Source of the DNA: Candidatus Poribacteria bacterium
GTDB taxonomy: Bacteria > Poribacteria > WGA-4E > PCPOR2b
Reading direction: 5' to 3'
Assembly: GCA_965208675.1 (NCBI GenBank)
Contig: OZ242351.1
Coordinates: 4,320,001 to 4,384,000, forward strand
Length of the DNA stretch: 64,000 nt
Positions 20,201-29,212 of this stretch are shown here, piece by piece. The number at the start of each line of letters is the position of its first letter. Within the stretch, counting starts at the first letter, position 1. The translations under genes and the position numbers were made by a program. Under the pieces are notes generated by a model. The model had not been told where the DNA came from. It worked only from the letters and a program-made list of their open reading frames with translations, and searched no databases.

Positions 20201-22546
20201 ATGGGTATGGGAGCAATCATGCGTCACGTCTCACACATAATCCGTTACGCATTGCACCCGATGCTATGGTTGTTAGTCTGTGCCCACTTTTTGAGTTCGG
20301 CGTATGCACAGCGTGTAGATCCACTGGGAAATCCTGTATTTGATAAGAGCGGAAAAGAACTCTATAGGATTCAGGCAACGTTTGGCGTATTAGGAGGCGA
20401 TTCGACGTTGCGCCGTGATGAGGAATTTCGGAAAAAGACAAGTAATCGAAACTTTTTCACTTTCAACATCCCCAGCGAAAATGTCCGTCATCAGTTAACT
20501 GTCGGCAATTTTTCGACGAAATTTTCCAGCTTTACGTTAAACAAGGAGCTGTTTGATGCAGCACGCTGGAATATTTCGATTCCGAAAGCGCGTGGAGGAA
20601 TATCGGCGTTTGTCGGGCGGGTGACCAACAATACTTTTGACATTTTAGGAGAGCGTGCTACCCCCATCGAAAACGTTGATATTACGAGTACCGCAGATTG
20701 GTTCATGGTCGGGTTCCGAGCGGAGGCAAATCTTGGCGCACACGATATCCGACTGGGGACGTTACCAGAGCTCACGTTGCCATTGCCTCGGCTCGGCATC
20801 AACTATGTGAATCGTTTTTTTACAAACTACGACCTAACTCGTAAAACGAATCCATTTCGAGGGGTCACCGTCGCCAATCCGCCGCCTGAGCTATTTCTCC
20901 GCTTCAGTGACGCTTCACCGGAAAACCCCGGCGGCGGGAAAGTTTTCCATGTGCGCGTTTACGTTGACGGCGCCCTTGAACACGAGATAGTCGGCGGGAA
21001 AGAGCCACCGGGCGTTCTGCTTCTGCCGCATCAGAGCCGCCGGGATTATCAGTCACGCTGGGTGGATGGCGAAGGGGCATTCACGTATCGATTTCTTCTT
21101 TTCAACCCACAGGAAATCAGAAGCGTACGGTTTGAAGTCGATATTGCCAATGATTATCGGGTTGAATTGTCGCCGAACAATCGGGACTTTCAATTGGAAC
21201 TCAGCGCCGCAGGCAACGTCAAAGACGAGTCGAACCGCCAGCTACACAGATTCTACTACGGGGAATTGACAGATGAAACCACAATGGGTCTCGATTTCCA
21301 TACGACGCTGTTCGGTTTTTCGATTGAGGCGGAACGTGCATGGTATTCACAGACGAGGCAGTATCCTATTCTGAACGGGCGAAGCACACAGCGAACCACC
21401 GGCGCATGGTTCGTTGATGTGAATCGAAATTTTGGCCCCCTTACTTGGCGCAGCGAATATACGCGAATCGATCCCTTTTATACGGCGGACAACTTCGTCG
21501 ACGACAACGATGATGACGATCCATACGCAGATTCGCGTGAACCAGAGATTTTGATATCAGGAAATACAAAGGATGATCTGGATGGCGACCGCATTAAAGA
21601 TTGGGATGACGATTTTCTACTTTTCTTTGCAGACCCGCCGAGATTTCGCTTGGGACTCAATCGAGAATCAATTGATTTTAACAACAATGGGGAGCCGGAT
21701 AATCTAGAAGATGATGACAAACCCAACTACCGCTACGATTACGACAGAGGTTCTTACGGTCATCACACCTATTTTAAGCTGGATTTACCATTCACCGAAG
21801 GACTTTCGGTTATACCTGGATATTATTCGAAACACTTGATTCTTGAACATAAAAGCGCAAGAGGATGGTATAATATATTTGCGTACGCGCCAAATCGGAT
21901 TCGTCACTTTGGAACGGTCAAATTCCGCCATACGCTTCGCCGTTCGCACGACATTATCCCTGATGACGTTGTTATTCGCAGCACTGGGGAACAGATTGAG
22001 GACAATTTGGCACTTCAAGATTATCTGAGCAATATCTTCACGATGATTGTCGATTACGAGAACATTGAGAACCTCACAATCGTCAGTAAGTTCAAATATC
22101 AGCGCGATGCGCTGTTTCACACTCGCCAGCACGTTATTGATACTGCGTTGATTAACCAGATTCGATATGACTATAAAGTGCGCGACGATCTCACGGTCGC
22201 ACCCGCCTTTAGGAGCGACCGTACAATCGGTTATATCGTCCCGTTAGATAAACTGATGTCAGTTGATTTCATCCGAAATGCCTACATCTTGACCTTGACG
22301 CATCAAGTTGCGGCACAATTGCAATTAAGCGCCGGCGGGCAGTTTCTCACATGGCGTGACTTCAACGATTCACAGAACAATTTCAACCGTACGGTCGGCT
22401 TCTTAGAGCTCGTGTTACAGGGCGATGTCTTCGGTCAGAAGATGGGGCTCTTGATTGCTTCCGACTATATCATTCAAAGCTTTATTGAACCCATCGGCGG
22501 CGCGGAAAAACGCACAAATATCGGAATTTCGTTGTTTTTATTATAG
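20201..22546 (+). CDS. Large putative outer-membrane protein with acidic Ca-binding repeats
   Basis: Signal peptide; DDNDDDD, DLDGDRIKDWDD, DFNNNGEPD motifs; alternating beta-strand pattern to the C-terminus. Confidence 0.55.
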   Translation: MGMGAIMRHVSHIIRYALHPMLWLLVCAHFLSSAYAQRVDPLGNPVFDKSGKELYRIQATFGVLGGDSTLRRDEEFRKKTSNRNFFTFNIPSENVRHQLTVGNFSTKFSSFTLNKELFDAARWNISIPKARGGISAFVGRVTNNTFDILGERATPIENVDITSTADWFMVGFRAEANLGAHDIRLGTLPELTLPLPRLGINYVNRFFTNYDLTRKTNPFRGVTVANPPPELFLRFSDASPENPGGGKVFHVRVYVDGALEHEIVGGKEPPGVLLLPHQSRRDYQSRWVDGEGAFTYRFLLFNPQEIRSVRFEVDIANDYRVELSPNNRDFQLELSAAGNVKDESNRQLHRFYYGELTDETTMGLDFHTTLFGFSIEAERAWYSQTRQYPILNGRSTQRTTGAWFVDVNRNFGPLTWRSEYTRIDPFYTADNFVDDNDDDDPYADSREPEILISGNTKDDLDGDRIKDWDDDFLLFFADPPRFRLGLNRESIDFNNNGEPDNLEDDDKPNYRYDYDRGSYGHHTYFKLDLPFTEGLSVIPGYYSKHLILEHKSARGWYNIFAYAPNRIRHFGTVKFRHTLRRSHDIIPDDVVIRSTGEQIEDNLALQDYLSNIFTMIVDYENIENLTIVSKFKYQRDALFHTRQHVIDTALINQIRYDYKVRDDLTVAPAFRSDRTIGYIVPLDKLMSVDFIRNAYILTLTHQVAAQLQLSAGGQFLTWRDFNDSQNNFNRTVGFLELVLQGDVFGQKMGLLIASDYIIQSFIEPIGGAEKRTNIGISLFLL

Positions 22547-22607
22547 CCTCAATTAACCCCAAATTAGACCGAGGATTTTATTCGGTTCACTGAAAGGAGT
22601 AATTTAA

Positions 22608-23573
22608 ATGCAACAGCAATCGTGGGATGATTTGCAGCCGTATATTCGGTTCATCACCGCAAAACGTGTATTTTGGGTGATACTCATTGTAATAGGCGTG
22701 GCAGCAGCCGCAACGAGTTTCTACACCGTTGAAGCCGATGAGGAGGGCGTCGTGCTCCGGTTTGGAGAATACGTCAGATCTGTCCCGCCGGGGCTGCACT
22801 TCAAGGCGCCGTTCGGAATTGAAAAAGCAACGGGCGTCCCTGTCCGTAAAGTTTTGAAAGAAGAATTCGGTTTTCGCACGCTTCGAGCTGGCGTCCGTAC
22901 TCAATACGATGCTCGAGATTTTCCGGAGGAGTCACTTCTGTTATCGGGAGATCTCAACATTGCCGATGTGGAGTGGGTTGTACAATACCGCATTGACGAA
23001 CCCCGAAAATTTCTGTATGAAATCCGTAGTGCGAATCAAGCCTTGCGGGATCTCTCCGAAGCCGTTATGAGCATTGTTGTCGGTGACCGCACTGTCACAG
23101 AGGTGCTTACCGTCGGGCGCGAAGAGATTGCCATGGACGTCAAACAAGGGCTGCAACAGTTGTTGGATTTGTACAATGCGGGATTACACATTGAAAACGT
23201 TACGTTGCAAGATATTAATCCGCCGGAGGCCGTGAAGTCCGCTTTTAATGAGGTAAATGAAGCGAAGCAAGAGAAGGAGCGGTTAATCAACGAAGCCTTG
23301 CGTGATTACAACGAGTCCGTTCCGAAAGCCAAAGGGCTCGCGTTGCAACAGATTTCCGAGGCGGAGGGGTACGCCCTGAAACGCGTGAACGAGGCAACGG
23401 GAGATGCCGATCGATTCAATTCGATTCGGAAAGAATACCAAGGCGCCAAGGATGTAACCCGGCGCAGGCTTTACCTTGAAACGATGAGTGAGATTCTACC
23501 GAAAGTAAAAGAGATTTATATAATTGACGATGAATCGAACAGTCCCATTCCAATTTTGCAACTCGGACAATAA
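22608..23573 (+). CDS. hflK: FtsH protease modulator HflK
   Basis: SPFH domain, GVVLRFG, PPEAVKSAFNEV, VTRRRLYLETM. Confidence 0.93.
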   Translation: MQQQSWDDLQPYIRFITAKRVFWVILIVIGVAAAATSFYTVEADEEGVVLRFGEYVRSVPPGLHFKAPFGIEKATGVPVRKVLKEEFGFRTLRAGVRTQYDARDFPEESLLLSGDLNIADVEWVVQYRIDEPRKFLYEIRSANQALRDLSEAVMSIVVGDRTVTEVLTVGREEIAMDVKQGLQQLLDLYNAGLHIENVTLQDINPPEAVKSAFNEVNEAKQEKERLINEALRDYNESVPKAKGLALQQISEAEGYALKRVNEATGDADRFNSIRKEYQGAKDVTRRRLYLETMSEILPKVKEIYIIDDESNSPIPILQLGQ

Positions 23574-23585
23574 AGGAGATTCGCA

Positions 23586-24554
23586 TTGAACGCAAAAATT
23601 TTGATACCGTTAATCATAATCGTTGTAATCGCCATAGTGATTGGTCCTTCAATGCTCTATATTGTCCACGAAGGCAAGCAGGCGGTGATTACCGAATTTG
23701 GCCGACCGATTGGTGAACCAATTGACAGTGCCGGTTTAAAGATTAAAACTCCGTTTATTCAGAAAGTCCATCGATTTGAGAAGCGAATCCTCGAATGGGA
23801 CGCCTCACCAAATCAGATCACGACGAAGGACAAACGTTTCATCTGGTTGGATACGAGCGCGCGGTGGCGCATTAAAGACGCGCTTAAATTCTACCAAGCC
23901 CTCGGTACGGAGACCTCCGCTCAGTCGCGTCTGGACGACATAATCGACTCGGCTGCCCGTGATTTGGTGACAGGACAGCTTTTGGTCGAGGTGGTGCGCG
24001 ATTCAAATCGTATCATCGACCTGAACCTCGAAGGACTGGAAGCAGAAGAAGGGGGCGGCAGCGCTGAACCGTTGGAACGGATTAATGTCGGAAGAGGGCA
24101 AGTTGCGCAAATGATCCTTGAGAAAGCGCAGCAGAGCTTGCCCGACAGATTCGGAATCGAACTCATCGATGTGCGGATTAAGCGCATTAACTATGTAAAA
24201 GAAGTCCAACAGAAAGTGTTTGCCCGCATGATTTCCGAACGGCAGCGAATCGCGGCAAAATACCGATCGGAGGGCGAAGGCGAAGCCGCGGATATTAAGG
24301 GGCAAAAACAGAAAGAACTGGAGCGCATTCAGTCTGAAGCCTATAAACAGGCAGAGCAGATTAGAGGAAATGCGGATGCCGAAGCGATAAAAATTTATGC
24401 GCAGGCGCACGGCAGAGATTCGGAATTTTACGCCTTTCTCCAGACCTTGCAGACTTACCGGGCAACAACGACTGAAAACACGAAGCTGATTTTATCGACG
24501 GATAGCGATCTCTACCGATATCTGAAAAAAAGCGGCATTCTGAATCGTCGATAA
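23586..24554 (+). CDS. hflC: FtsH protease modulator HflC
   Basis: DVRIKRIN, RMISERQRIA..YRSEG, EFYAF; follows hflK. Confidence 0.93.
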   Translation: MNAKILIPLIIIVVIAIVIGPSMLYIVHEGKQAVITEFGRPIGEPIDSAGLKIKTPFIQKVHRFEKRILEWDASPNQITTKDKRFIWLDTSARWRIKDALKFYQALGTETSAQSRLDDIIDSAARDLVTGQLLVEVVRDSNRIIDLNLEGLEAEEGGGSAEPLERINVGRGQVAQMILEKAQQSLPDRFGIELIDVRIKRINYVKEVQQKVFARMISERQRIAAKYRSEGEGEAADIKGQKQKELERIQSEAYKQAEQIRGNADAEAIKIYAQAHGRDSEFYAFLQTLQTYRATTTENTKLILSTDSDLYRYLKKSGILNRR

Positions 24555-24741
24555 TGTTTGTGTAGCAACTTGAATAAACGGCGATTCGTCCTTTAATTCC
24601 ACTGCCGGGAGCGGCAAAATCCTCAGTGTTGAAAAGGGGATTTTCCGGTCGCGTCTTGGAGGGACGTGCCCCAAATTTTCGTTGCGTCCATTTGTTGTCT
24701 TAAGATTACGTATCACGACTGACAATTGAGGGTGATGAAGT

Positions 24742-25683
24742 ATGATTCGTTCCCTTCCACTATATGAAACTGACAAAGGATCTGCATGCGCGGCGGGCAA
24801 AGAATCCGCCCGGTATTCGTCCGGGCGGCGCCATCCGCCCTGGATTCGAGCTCGAATACCAGCAGGACCAAACTATGCAGATCTCAAGGCAATGATGCGT
24901 GACTTAGAGCTCCATTCAGTTTGCGAGGAGGCACGCTGCCCCAATATCGGTGAGTGTTGGGGAAATCGAACGGCGACCTTTATGATTTTGGGGGATGTGT
25001 GCACACGCCGCTGCATGTTTTGCGCAGTCACCAAAGGGAAACCGACAGAAGTAGACCGTGATGAACCCCGGCGGATTGGGGAGGCAGTAGCCTATCTGAA
25101 ACTCAAACATGTCGTCATTACCTCGGTCAACCGTGATGATCAAGTTGACGGCGGCGCCAGTATCTTTGCTGCATGCATCCAAGAAGCGCGCGCCAATAAC
25201 CCCGATTGCACCGTTGAAGTGCTTATCCCGGACCTTGAAGGAAATTGGGATGCATTAACAGTAATCCTACACGCAAAACCGGATGTGCTCAATCATAACA
25301 CTGAAACGGTACCGCGGCTTTATCGGCGAGCCCGTCCCCAGGCCGACTATCACCGCTCTTTAGACCTCTTGCGCATTAGCAAGGAGGTTGACGGTACAAT
25401 CCTGACCAAATCGGGATTGATGGTTGGCTTAGGTGAAACAGATTCCGAGTTGTTGCAGACTATGCAGGATATTCGCCATTCCTACTGTGACATTCTGACA
25501 ATTGGGCAGTACCTCGCGCCAACCTCACGACACCTGCCAATTCAAAAGTATTACACTCCAGAGGAATTCAATGCGTTGAAAACGGCGGGCATGGACATGG
25601 GATACCGCCATGTGGAGTCGGGGCCGCTGGTGCGGAGTTCCTACCATGCGGGAGAACAAGCTGCATTGTCAATTAGCCGTTGA
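24742..25683 (+). CDS. lipA: Lipoyl synthase
   Basis: CEEARCPNIGECW and CTRRCMFC motifs, VRSSYHA. Confidence 0.96.
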   Translation: MIRSLPLYETDKGSACAAGKESARYSSGRRHPPWIRARIPAGPNYADLKAMMRDLELHSVCEEARCPNIGECWGNRTATFMILGDVCTRRCMFCAVTKGKPTEVDRDEPRRIGEAVAYLKLKHVVITSVNRDDQVDGGASIFAACIQEARANNPDCTVEVLIPDLEGNWDALTVILHAKPDVLNHNTETVPRLYRRARPQADYHRSLDLLRISKEVDGTILTKSGLMVGLGETDSELLQTMQDIRHSYCDILTIGQYLAPTSRHLPIQKYYTPEEFNALKTAGMDMGYRHVESGPLVRSSYHAGEQAALSISR

Positions 25684-25707
25684 ACAAAAGAACTCAGTAA
25701 AGATTGC

Positions 25708-25736
25708 TTGACATGAAATTCTAATTTCGCTAAGAT
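25708..25736 (+). promoter_or_regulatory. Sigma-70-type promoter for the LamG pair
   Basis: TTGACA-17 bp-TAAGAT. Confidence 0.6.
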
Positions 25737-25850
25737 TGAGGTTGATGCCACGGTACTTAATTTATGGGATTCTCAACGGGGTTTAGAATTCGGTTTTCAT
25801 TGTGGGTTCTCATTGCGGTTGAATCTAGTTGTCAAAAAAGGAGGGTTTTA

Positions 25851-26687
25851 ATGTTTCGTTCTTTCTCACTTCTAATGATAATTTCCTTTCTTGCCATGCC
25901 GAGCCTCGCTTCAGGAGCGCTGACCGATGGCTTAATATCAGTTTGGAACTTTGACGATGAAACCGCAAGTGACGCACTTGGCCGCAACGATGGCATACTT
26001 AGGGGCGGTGCGGCGTTCTCGGACGGCCAGAGCGGCAAGGCGGTTGATCTCAACGGAGTTGATGCTTTTGTAGAAGTTCCTCACAGCGATTCCATGAACG
26101 GCCTCGAGAATGCATTCAGCGTCTCTGCATGGGCATTCTTCCGGGAGCACGGCAATTTTGTTGGTATTGTTTGGAAAGGAAGACAAGTTGGCTGGGCAGC
26201 CGGTTTCACGTTTGAAATTGTAAGCCTAGCAAACAGGAATCCAGAATTGATGGGATGGGGTGCTTGTACTGCGGATACTGAAGGTTGGTATCATTCTCTA
26301 CACCCGCATCTGCAAACTTGGTTTCACGTGGCGCAAATCGCGGACGGCAAAGAACTCCGTTCTTACTTTAACGGCGAACTTGTGGAAGTACCCCATGCTG
26401 GCGAAACTTGGCTTGGGGCGGCCGGAGTCGGTAAAATTCCACAGCCACTCTCCGCACCCTATGCGCTCTTTCCAGATCAACCGATTCGGATGGGAATGAG
26501 CCAAGGGTTAAATAACAACCTAGACACGAAAACTTATCTTGACGGATTCGTTGATGAGGTGATGCTATGGGACCGTGCTCTCTCAGAAGGTGAGGTCAAT
26601 CAGGTCATGCGGGGCGAACTTGTAGCGGTTGAACCGAAGAGCAAGCTCGCCGTTACTTGGGGCGCACTAAAGGCACACCATCGTTAA
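25851..26687 (+). CDS. Secreted LamG domain protein
   Basis: AGGAGG RBS; GLISVWNFDD, AVDLNG, DGFVDEVMLWDRAL; C-terminal AVEPKSKLAVTWGALK. Confidence 0.85.
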   Translation: MFRSFSLLMIISFLAMPSLASGALTDGLISVWNFDDETASDALGRNDGILRGGAAFSDGQSGKAVDLNGVDAFVEVPHSDSMNGLENAFSVSAWAFFREHGNFVGIVWKGRQVGWAAGFTFEIVSLANRNPELMGWGACTADTEGWYHSLHPHLQTWFHVAQIADGKELRSYFNGELVEVPHAGETWLGAAGVGKIPQPLSAPYALFPDQPIRMGMSQGLNNNLDTKTYLDGFVDEVMLWDRALSEGEVNQVMRGELVAVEPKSKLAVTWGALKAHHR

Positions 26688-26725
26688 TCTGCCGAACGTC
26701 TAATTTGAGAAGGAGGTTATTCACG

Positions 26726-27484
26726 ATGAGAACGATGTTTTATTTTACGGCAATTGCTATTTGTGTACTTGTCTTTCATCTGAGTGCTCCTGCTGACATT
26801 CTAGATGGGCTTGTGGCTTTCTGGAGTTTTGATGAAGGCGAAGGTGATACGGCTGGAGATTCCATCGGGGAACATCATGGAGAAATCGACGGCGCTACTT
26901 GGACAGAGGATGCCATGGAAGGCACAGCGTTGGATTTTTCTCCGAAGAAAGACTCATCTGTAAATATCGAACACATAGAGGGCATTGACGAGTTGCCGAG
27001 CGGGTTTACGATATCGCATTGGGCAAAACAGCGCGGACGGGGTGCGATGATGGATAAATCCGAGAACGATGGCGCGAGGATTCAATGGTTCTTGCTCGAT
27101 GACACACGCCTGCATTGGGGAATCGGTAATTCCTTTGGGTTCGCCCCCGGACTTGGTGAGGTTAGGCAGTGGATGTATCTAACATGGTCACACGAGCCAG
27201 GCGACAGTCAGGTGTACATCAACGGCGAAAAAGTCGGCGGCGGGCCAGAAGGCCCTGTTCCAGTAACCGGCCGCCCCATGTATTTTGGGACCCGGATGCC
27301 TTGGCAGCAATTTGGTAAGGAGCAGCGGTTCGACGGCATTCTGGACGAAGTGGCTTTTTGGATCCGCCCGTTGTCAGTCAAGGAAATTGAAGAAGTCACC
27401 GAGAAGGGAATACAGCAAATTCTAGCTGTTTCGCCGAAAGCCAAATTGGCGACAAAGTGGGCAAGCCTGAAAACCCAACTGTGA
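26726..27484 (+). CDS. Secreted LamG domain protein
   Basis: AGGAGG RBS; GLVAFWSFDEGEG, FDGILDEV; C-terminal AVSPKAKLATKWASLK. Confidence 0.85.
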   Translation: MRTMFYFTAIAICVLVFHLSAPADILDGLVAFWSFDEGEGDTAGDSIGEHHGEIDGATWTEDAMEGTALDFSPKKDSSVNIEHIEGIDELPSGFTISHWAKQRGRGAMMDKSENDGARIQWFLLDDTRLHWGIGNSFGFAPGLGEVRQWMYLTWSHEPGDSQVYINGEKVGGGPEGPVPVTGRPMYFGTRMPWQQFGKEQRFDGILDEVAFWIRPLSVKEIEEVTEKGIQQILAVSPKAKLATKWASLKTQL

Positions 27485-27633
27485 GAGTGTATCTGATGAT
27501 CCCCCAAGGTGCAACAAAATTGCTAGTTTGTGGTCTTTAACATCACTCTTCGCGCCGCGAAGAGAATGCAAAACCCTCGGGCGATCACACGAAAATCGAG
27601 GAAGCCAATACTTGAATACTGTCGAAGTGTAGA

Positions 27634-28071
27634 TTGGCAATAATGACGATGTTGAAAATGACGCGCCCTATCGTTGATATTGCAATTACGTGCAGCAACT
27701 TCAAAGAATCGCTTCGATTCTACCATGAACTCTTGGGATTTGAGATAGTGATGCAGGTTGACACTTCAGACGAATTGGCAGAAGCGATTGGGCTCGCACC
27801 CCGCGGGTTTCATCAAATCCGCTTAAAGGCGGGGAACACGCTGATTAAATTGATGGATATTGAATCCCCGCCGCCGTCCGCTAATCACGGCTTTGACACG
27901 GGATTGGGATGGTTCACTATTCTCATTGAAAACATAGCCGAAACCGTGAGGGAATTGAAGGGGAAGGGAGTGGAGTTTGTATCTGAGCCAGTCGATGCGC
28001 CGGAAGCTGTAGTGGCTTGTGTTAAAGCCCCCGATGGAATCCTCATTGAGTTCGTGCAACTCAAAAAGTGA
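27634..28071 (+). CDS. VOC/glyoxalase family protein
   Basis: SLRFYHELLGF, ELKGKGVEF, PDGILIEFVQ. Confidence 0.85.
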   Translation: MAIMTMLKMTRPIVDIAITCSNFKESLRFYHELLGFEIVMQVDTSDELAEAIGLAPRGFHQIRLKAGNTLIKLMDIESPPPSANHGFDTGLGWFTILIENIAETVRELKGKGVEFVSEPVDAPEAVVACVKAPDGILIEFVQLKK

Positions 28072-28075
28072 AGGC

Positions 28076-29203
28076 TTAACTTAAATTGATTTCTCTTCGC
28101 TCATTTGCGGAGCGGTACATCTCCTCAATGAGACGGGCCACGGTCAAACCGATAGACGCCGTATCAATCATTTTAACCCGGCCTAACGCCCCCCAAACGA
28201 AGTGCTGCTGTGGGTCGTCGCAGCCTTCCGCCATCAATCCGAGCAATCGCATCCGTCTTTCATAAGCGTCGATATTGAAGTGGACATCAGCCTCGATGCC
28301 ATAGACATCTGTGTATAGCGTGAACGGCTGTTGTGCAGTTTCATTCGACTTTGTATCGACGTGGAACGCCAACGGTTCTAGCCGCAGCCCTCCTTTGGAT
28401 CCCATGATGCAATCTCCATCGCCGCCGTCCAGATTTACAGCCCATGCGGTCTCGACAAACATCGTGATGTCGCCTTTGAATCGAATAAAGCCGGTGCCGA
28501 TTTCTTCCACGTTGTAGCCGCTCTCTCGACAGCGGATTTCGTCCATATCCAGCGACTGAAATGTTGACGCGGTTACGGATTCAACCTCCGGATTGTTTAG
28601 CAGGTAAACCATTCTCGCCATCTGATAGACCCCTACGTCTATCAGAGCACCGCCGCCGGATTTCTGCTTCTGCACAAAATGGGGCGTCGCGTAGCCATCC
28701 ACATACACCCGTGCACGGCGGAGATAGCGACTCGTCTTAGCATAGTAGGTTCGCCCGAGTGCGCCCTCTTGGATTAAGTATTTAGCCGTTCGTGTCTCTT
28801 TGCTAAAGAGCGTTCTCATCTGCACCGCCAGTCTTTTCCCCGTCCGCTGTGCAGTGTCATACATCGCCCGCGCTTCTGCATACGTGGTCGCCATTGGTTT
28901 CTCACAGTAGACATGCTTGCCAGCTTCCAATGCTGCGATTGTAACCGGGGCATGCAAGAAATTGGGGAGACAGACATCAACACTGTCAATCTCGTCAATG
29001 TTGAGCAGGTCACGATAATCGGAAAATACGCGTGCGATGCCGTGTTCATGACCGACACGCTGTGCGGCAGCGACATTGACATCCGCTACCGCGACAATCT
29101 CAACCTCCTGGCGCATTGATTGGTAGTTTTGAATGTGGCGTTTGCCGACTAGTCCTGTTCCAATTATTCCGACTCTGAGCTTGTCTGACATAAGTTTCTC
29201 CAC
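28076..29203 (-). CDS. Gfo/Idh/MocA family oxidoreductase
   Basis: GIIGTG, AGKHVYCEKP, GGGALIDVGVY. Confidence 0.92.
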   Translation of the reverse strand: MEKLMSDKLRVGIIGTGLVGKRHIQNYQSMRQEVEIVAVADVNVAAAQRVGHEHGIARVFSDYRDLLNIDEIDSVDVCLPNFLHAPVTIAALEAGKHVYCEKPMATTYAEARAMYDTAQRTGKRLAVQMRTLFSKETRTAKYLIQEGALGRTYYAKTSRYLRRARVYVDGYATPHFVQKQKSGGGALIDVGVYQMARMVYLLNNPEVESVTASTFQSLDMDEIRCRESGYNVEEIGTGFIRFKGDITMFVETAWAVNLDGGDGDCIMGSKGGLRLEPLAFHVDTKSNETAQQPFTLYTDVYGIEADVHFNIDAYERRMRLLGLMAEGCDDPQQHFVWGALGRVKMIDTASIGLTVARLIEEMYRSANERREINLS

Positions 29204-29212
29204 AAAACTGGT

